In this document: positions 59,947 through 64,000 of the stretch, one piece after another | Layout of the letters: each line of letters opens with the position of its first letter | Position numbering within the stretch: the stretch's first letter is position 1 | Assembly (NCBI RefSeq): GCF_032062105.1 | Contig: NW_026918070.1 | Location: 62,001 to 126,000, forward strand | DNA: 64,000 nucleotides | From: Saccostrea cucullata | Lineage: Eukaryota | Direction: 5' to 3' | Notes under the pieces: generated by a model | Seen by the model: the letters and a program-made list of their open reading frames with translations, nothing else | The model's database searches: none | What the model was told of the DNA's origin: nothing | Translations under genes and position numbers: made by a program

Positions 59947-60433
59947 GATCAAACCCCGCTGACTGCCATATTCCTCCCTTTTTAAAGGTCTTCGGCCCCC
60001 TGAAAGACCCCAACTCAGGCCCATCCCTGGCAGGCCTCTCACCTGTCCAATCCTGGTCATGGCACCAAATCTGTATCAGAAAGGGAGAAAATGAATGCTT
60101 GGACCAGGAATCAAACCCTGGACCCCTGCATCACTAAGTCAGGTGCTCTACCAACTGAGCTACCCAGGCTGATATCCTTGGTGCAAATCATTACATTCCT
60201 CGCTCCTTAAATTGTCTTCAACCTCGAAGACACAACCAAAGAACCTATTAGCCCCTGTCAGGACTTTCACCTACAAGTCCAGGATCGGTCAACGGCACCA
60301 AATCTGTAACAGGATAGAAGAAAAATGCTGCAGACCAGATCGGAATTCAAACTCGGGCCCCCTGAAACTCTGGTCAGGTGCTCTACCAACTGAGCTATCT
60401 GAACACTGGTGTTTGAACCTAGCTGATTGCCAC
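59947..60433 (-). mobile_element. Tandem TRIM with tRNA-derived LTRs (Helenus-type), right part of the array
   Basis: On the - strand: LTR TG..CA 60433-60305 with A/B boxes, PBS tggtgccgttgacc 60300-60287, PPT aaggagcgaggaa, LTR 60195-60072 with A/B boxes, PBS tggtgccatgaccagg 60067-60052, PPT aaaaagggaggaa, then the next LTR from 59970. Confidence 0.75.
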
Positions 60434-60441
60434 ACACACAT

Positions 60442-61393
60442 GTTTTTAGCTCACCTCAACGAAGTTGGGGGAGCTTATGTGATACCCTTGGCGTCGGCGT
60501 CGGCGTCCCGGGTTAAGGTTAAGTTTTTTGGAGCAGTTTTCTTTTTAAGGAGGCTGGGGGGTCAACAATTTAACCACAAAGTAACCACCAGATTTAACTT
60601 ATTTTTTTAGATATGGTATCTTAAGCTGTCAACATTCATTTGACAAAGAAAAAATTCATAAATTTTAGTTTTAAATTTTGATCATTTTCTATATCCTTAT
60701 ATGGAGCTCTCCTTTTAAAGGAGATAGAAATAGTCTGAAAATGGCTGCCACCCCCCAGCCTCGTTAAGTACTTCTATGTCCTATATTGATTAGACATGCA
60801 TGGAAGATGTTTCTAACTTTCTAATGTGTTTCATTGGACCAGTCAAAGTTTCAGATGCTGCAATTTCAGCAAAGGAATGACCAGGTTAATGTTTTTGGTG
60901 CAGGTTAACATTTTTGGTGCAGTTTTTGGTGTAGGTCTCATTTCCGAGTAACTATAAGCCCTATGTTGACCAAACTTACATGGATGGTACATCTTAGGAT
61001 GCATACTACCAGACTTGCTTCGGATGCTGAATCTGACCTACATTTTCCGGTTGAGTGAACAGGTTAAAGTTTTTGGTGCAGGTTTCATTTCGAAGATACT
61101 ATGAGCCCTATAATGACCAAACTTGCATGGATGGTACATCTTAGGATGCATTCTACTAGACTTGCTTCGGATGCTGAATCTGACCTACATTTTCCGGTTG
61201 AGTGAACAGGTTAAAGTTTTTGGTGCAGGTTTCATTTCCAAGTTTCTATAAGACATATAATGACCAAACTTGCATGGATGGTACATCTTAGGATGCATAC
61301 TACCAGTCTTGCTTCGGATGTTGAATCTGACCTACATTTTCCTGTTGAGTGAACAGGTTAAAGTTTTTGGTGCAGGTTTCATTTCCAAGTTAC
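60442..61393 (+). mobile_element. Helentron-like element with 147-bp tandem units, truncated by a following insertion
   Basis: tttttagctcacc..gggagctt hairpin, (ggcgtc)n microsatellite, period 147 (61061, 61208, 61355). Confidence 0.75.
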
Positions 61394-64000
61394 TACCCCT
61401 GCGAAATGATCAAGAATAATTCTTGAACTTTGAAGAAAAGTTCATGAATTATATTCTTGAATCAGCTCATGAATTGTTCATGAAGATCCCATGAAGTTAA
61501 AATTGGACACTCATGATTTCATGGATTTTATTCATGAAAACCAAGTTCAAGAATATTCAAGAATTATTTGTTGTTCATGAACAAACTTGGATTTTTTAAT
61601 TGCCTGCAAAATGATCAAGAATAATTCTTGAACTTTCAAGAAAACTTCATGAATTATATTCTTGAACTTTCAAGAAAACTTCATGAATGATATTAATAGG
61701 TTCAATGCATTTTCATGAACTAATCATGAATAATTTGTAAAAGTTATTTAGGAATGTTCATGAACTATTCATGAATGTTCTTGCTTTTTGTAAACAAAAA
61801 TGTAATAAATTATGCAAAATGAAAAACTGTAAAAGAAAATATTTTAATAGCATCTTGAAAGATTTCACAGAATTTTTGTTTTCCAATCATGGTAACAAAA
61901 TCTTTGTTCAAGTAAACAACTCTGATAAGTGATATCGATAATAAATAAATTATGTAGTTCATTCCTAGTAAAATTATGTAAAAATTTTAATTCAAACGCG
62001 ACTCTTTGCAGAATCCTTAACCTTACTTGGTCAAGAGGAGTGTGGGTTCCTTATTCAGCATATTTCAAAGTGTATGCTTAAAATGGAATGGTTTTTAATC
62101 CAAGTCTCACTGTCTGGCAGAAAAGTGTGTTCAGCAATTAGGGCATCAGCTAAAAGGGCTTTCAAGGATTTTGAGAAGAGGTGGTCAAATAAAAAAAATC
62201 TTATTGGCTTTCCCTGTGGAATTTTCAGAATTTCATCACTTGGATACTTTGATCGATTACGATTCATATTTTCATTCCTTTCTTTTGTTTTTCTTCAAGA
62301 TCCTGGATTTTTTTTTTGGCAGCCAGAGTTTTTTTAATCTTCCGATCTCAACTCATCAACATTATCTGTGAACTGCTTCTCTTTTCCCTACAAGAACAAA
62401 GATTTTCTGAAAATGCTCATAAATGTGAAAACTTAAGACTTAATTTTTTTTTTTTTTTTGCAAAATTGTTTCATTTAATTCTGCATTATAGGCACTGCCA
62501 TATTTTAAAGCAATCCGAGCGGGAGTTTAGCCTGTTTCCCTTGCCCGCCATGTTCAAGATGTTATAGGTGAACAGGATGGATTTTTCAATCTTTAATTAT
62601 TAAATGTAACGTAATTTGGTTGGATCCTTAATCATAACACAGTTTGACAAAATTTTCATTAAAAAAGACATAACTGAACTCTTACAAATAGACAGTAACA
62701 TCTTGACAAATATCTCAGATTGAGCGATTGCCTCCATTTTTTTTTGTAACTCACCATTAATATCTGCAGTTATTAAGTAAATTGATCCTCTGGATATTCC
62801 TTCTTCATATTCTGTTATTTTCTTCAAAGGTTGACAAAGAATGACTAGATCTTATCTACGCAAATAATCCTCCCACTCTACCGATTCACTTTCCAACGTC
62901 TCGCGCGTTTCAAAGTTTGCGCCTTTTAAAAAGTGTCATGCAGAGCTAATTAAGAAATAGTTTCGAATTGCCAAGATTGTTGTTAAACAAAAAATAACAA
63001 ACACTATCTGAATGCTTTTTCACTGAAATTAATTTTTTTTAATTAATATAAGTTAAATCATTTATTGAATTGGATTTTTTATATTATACCTAAAGAGCCA
63101 CAGTTTCGTATTTTCAAGTATGGCCGGCTCCATATCATGAGGACAACAAATAAATCTTGGGAACCGTTCGCCCTCAAACAGAGTACCCTGAGCTATGTAT
63201 AGGTATACAGTGTATAGGAGAATAGACTACAAAATACGAATGTGGGTCATGTCATAGATACTTCACAACCATGGAGCCTGTGCTGTATCATTTACACACG
63301 ATGGACAGAAAGATGTGACTTGATAACTGCATCAAAATATAAAGCGTTTGACCCAAGAATAGTACGGAATAGTACAAGAGATATGATTTTTTAGCTGTAA
63401 ATAAATCTAAGATACGTTTTTACGAAGATCATGAAATTTTTCCTAGACTATAAGTCTGTTTTATTTTCTCACAACTTGTTAAAAGTTTGACAAATAGAGA
63501 AAATTCGGTCGAACAAAGTTGTGTCGTGAAAAATGAGATAATTTAAAGCACAATATTAATATAGCTGGCCATTTTAAATGATGAAGAAACATTAGTAATT
63601 CAATATGAGAAAAAAATGCTGTCAATATTGATGCAGTGTTCTTTAAATTACGATCATAATTTAATTACAATCTCCCTTCTAGACAGTACATAACAGAGTT
63701 TTATTATCCTGAAGAATCTAAGTTACCGATTCGGAGAGTAGAAAATAGTGATTTTAACCTCTTATGTTCTCCTACTTGTCTCTGATCCAATACTTTCAAA
63801 ATCAAAACAAAAGCATGTCATTAATTAAATCAGGGGTTTGTTCAACAATTGCATCTGCATGCAGAAGTTGTATTATGGGAGTAATGAGTGTTTTCTGGAA
63901 ATCGTTTGTGACAATTATTTTTACATTTTTAGTCTTCATGAAAATTCATGAACATTCATTACCTTGAACTATTAAGTTTTTTTTCTTTAAACTGAAAATT
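61394..64000. mobile_element. Probable DNA transposon with TTCATGAA-rich subterminal repeats; runs off the window
   Basis: Starts ta-cccctgcgaaatgatcaagaataattcttgaac (repeated at about 61603). Dense ttcatgaa/ttgaac motifs recur near 63935-63970. Possible decayed coding remnants on the - strand at 62055-62827. Confidence 0.4.

Noticed and set aside
60097-60169. tRNA gene-like sequences (also 60330-60405 and 23070-23156)
   Set aside because: Acceptor and anticodon stems are imperfect, and the sequences are embedded in TRIM LTRs or a SINE head, so they are not functional tRNA genes.
62055-62827. Short minus-strand ORFs as a host gene
   Set aside because: No recognisable domain or consistent exon chain, and they lie within a probable transposon.

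Overview
AT-rich eukaryotic genomic DNA. The repeat landscape (Helentron-type satellite-bearing elements, Penelope-like RT relics, V-domain-like SINEs, TTAA and TA MITEs) points to a bivalve mollusc, probably an oyster; this is inference. Two convergent intron-containing genes can be rebuilt by hand. (1) A + strand gene of about 46 coding exons (9070..38659, about 2,320-2,345 aa) of the mesothelin/otoancorin/stereocilin superfamily. It has a signal peptide, six tandem copies of a four-exon Cys-rich N-glycosylated module (about 220 aa), a mucin-like linker, a helical middle region, an RRRKR furin site, a mesothelin-like C-terminal part and a GPI signal. (2) DR1/NC2-beta on the - strand (50630..45049), in which the conserved basic KRRK-type motif is replaced in frame by an (AT)n microsatellite encoding IYIYI. 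The rest is mostly transposon-derived and often nested. It includes a tandem miniature LTR element with tRNA-derived LTRs (Helenus-type TRIM), split by a 7.6-kb foldback-like insertion that carries several satellite-bearing Helentron-like elements and a hAT MITE. Most short ORFs in the supplied track are exon fragments, antisense shadows or repeat noise. All coordinates were read by eye.
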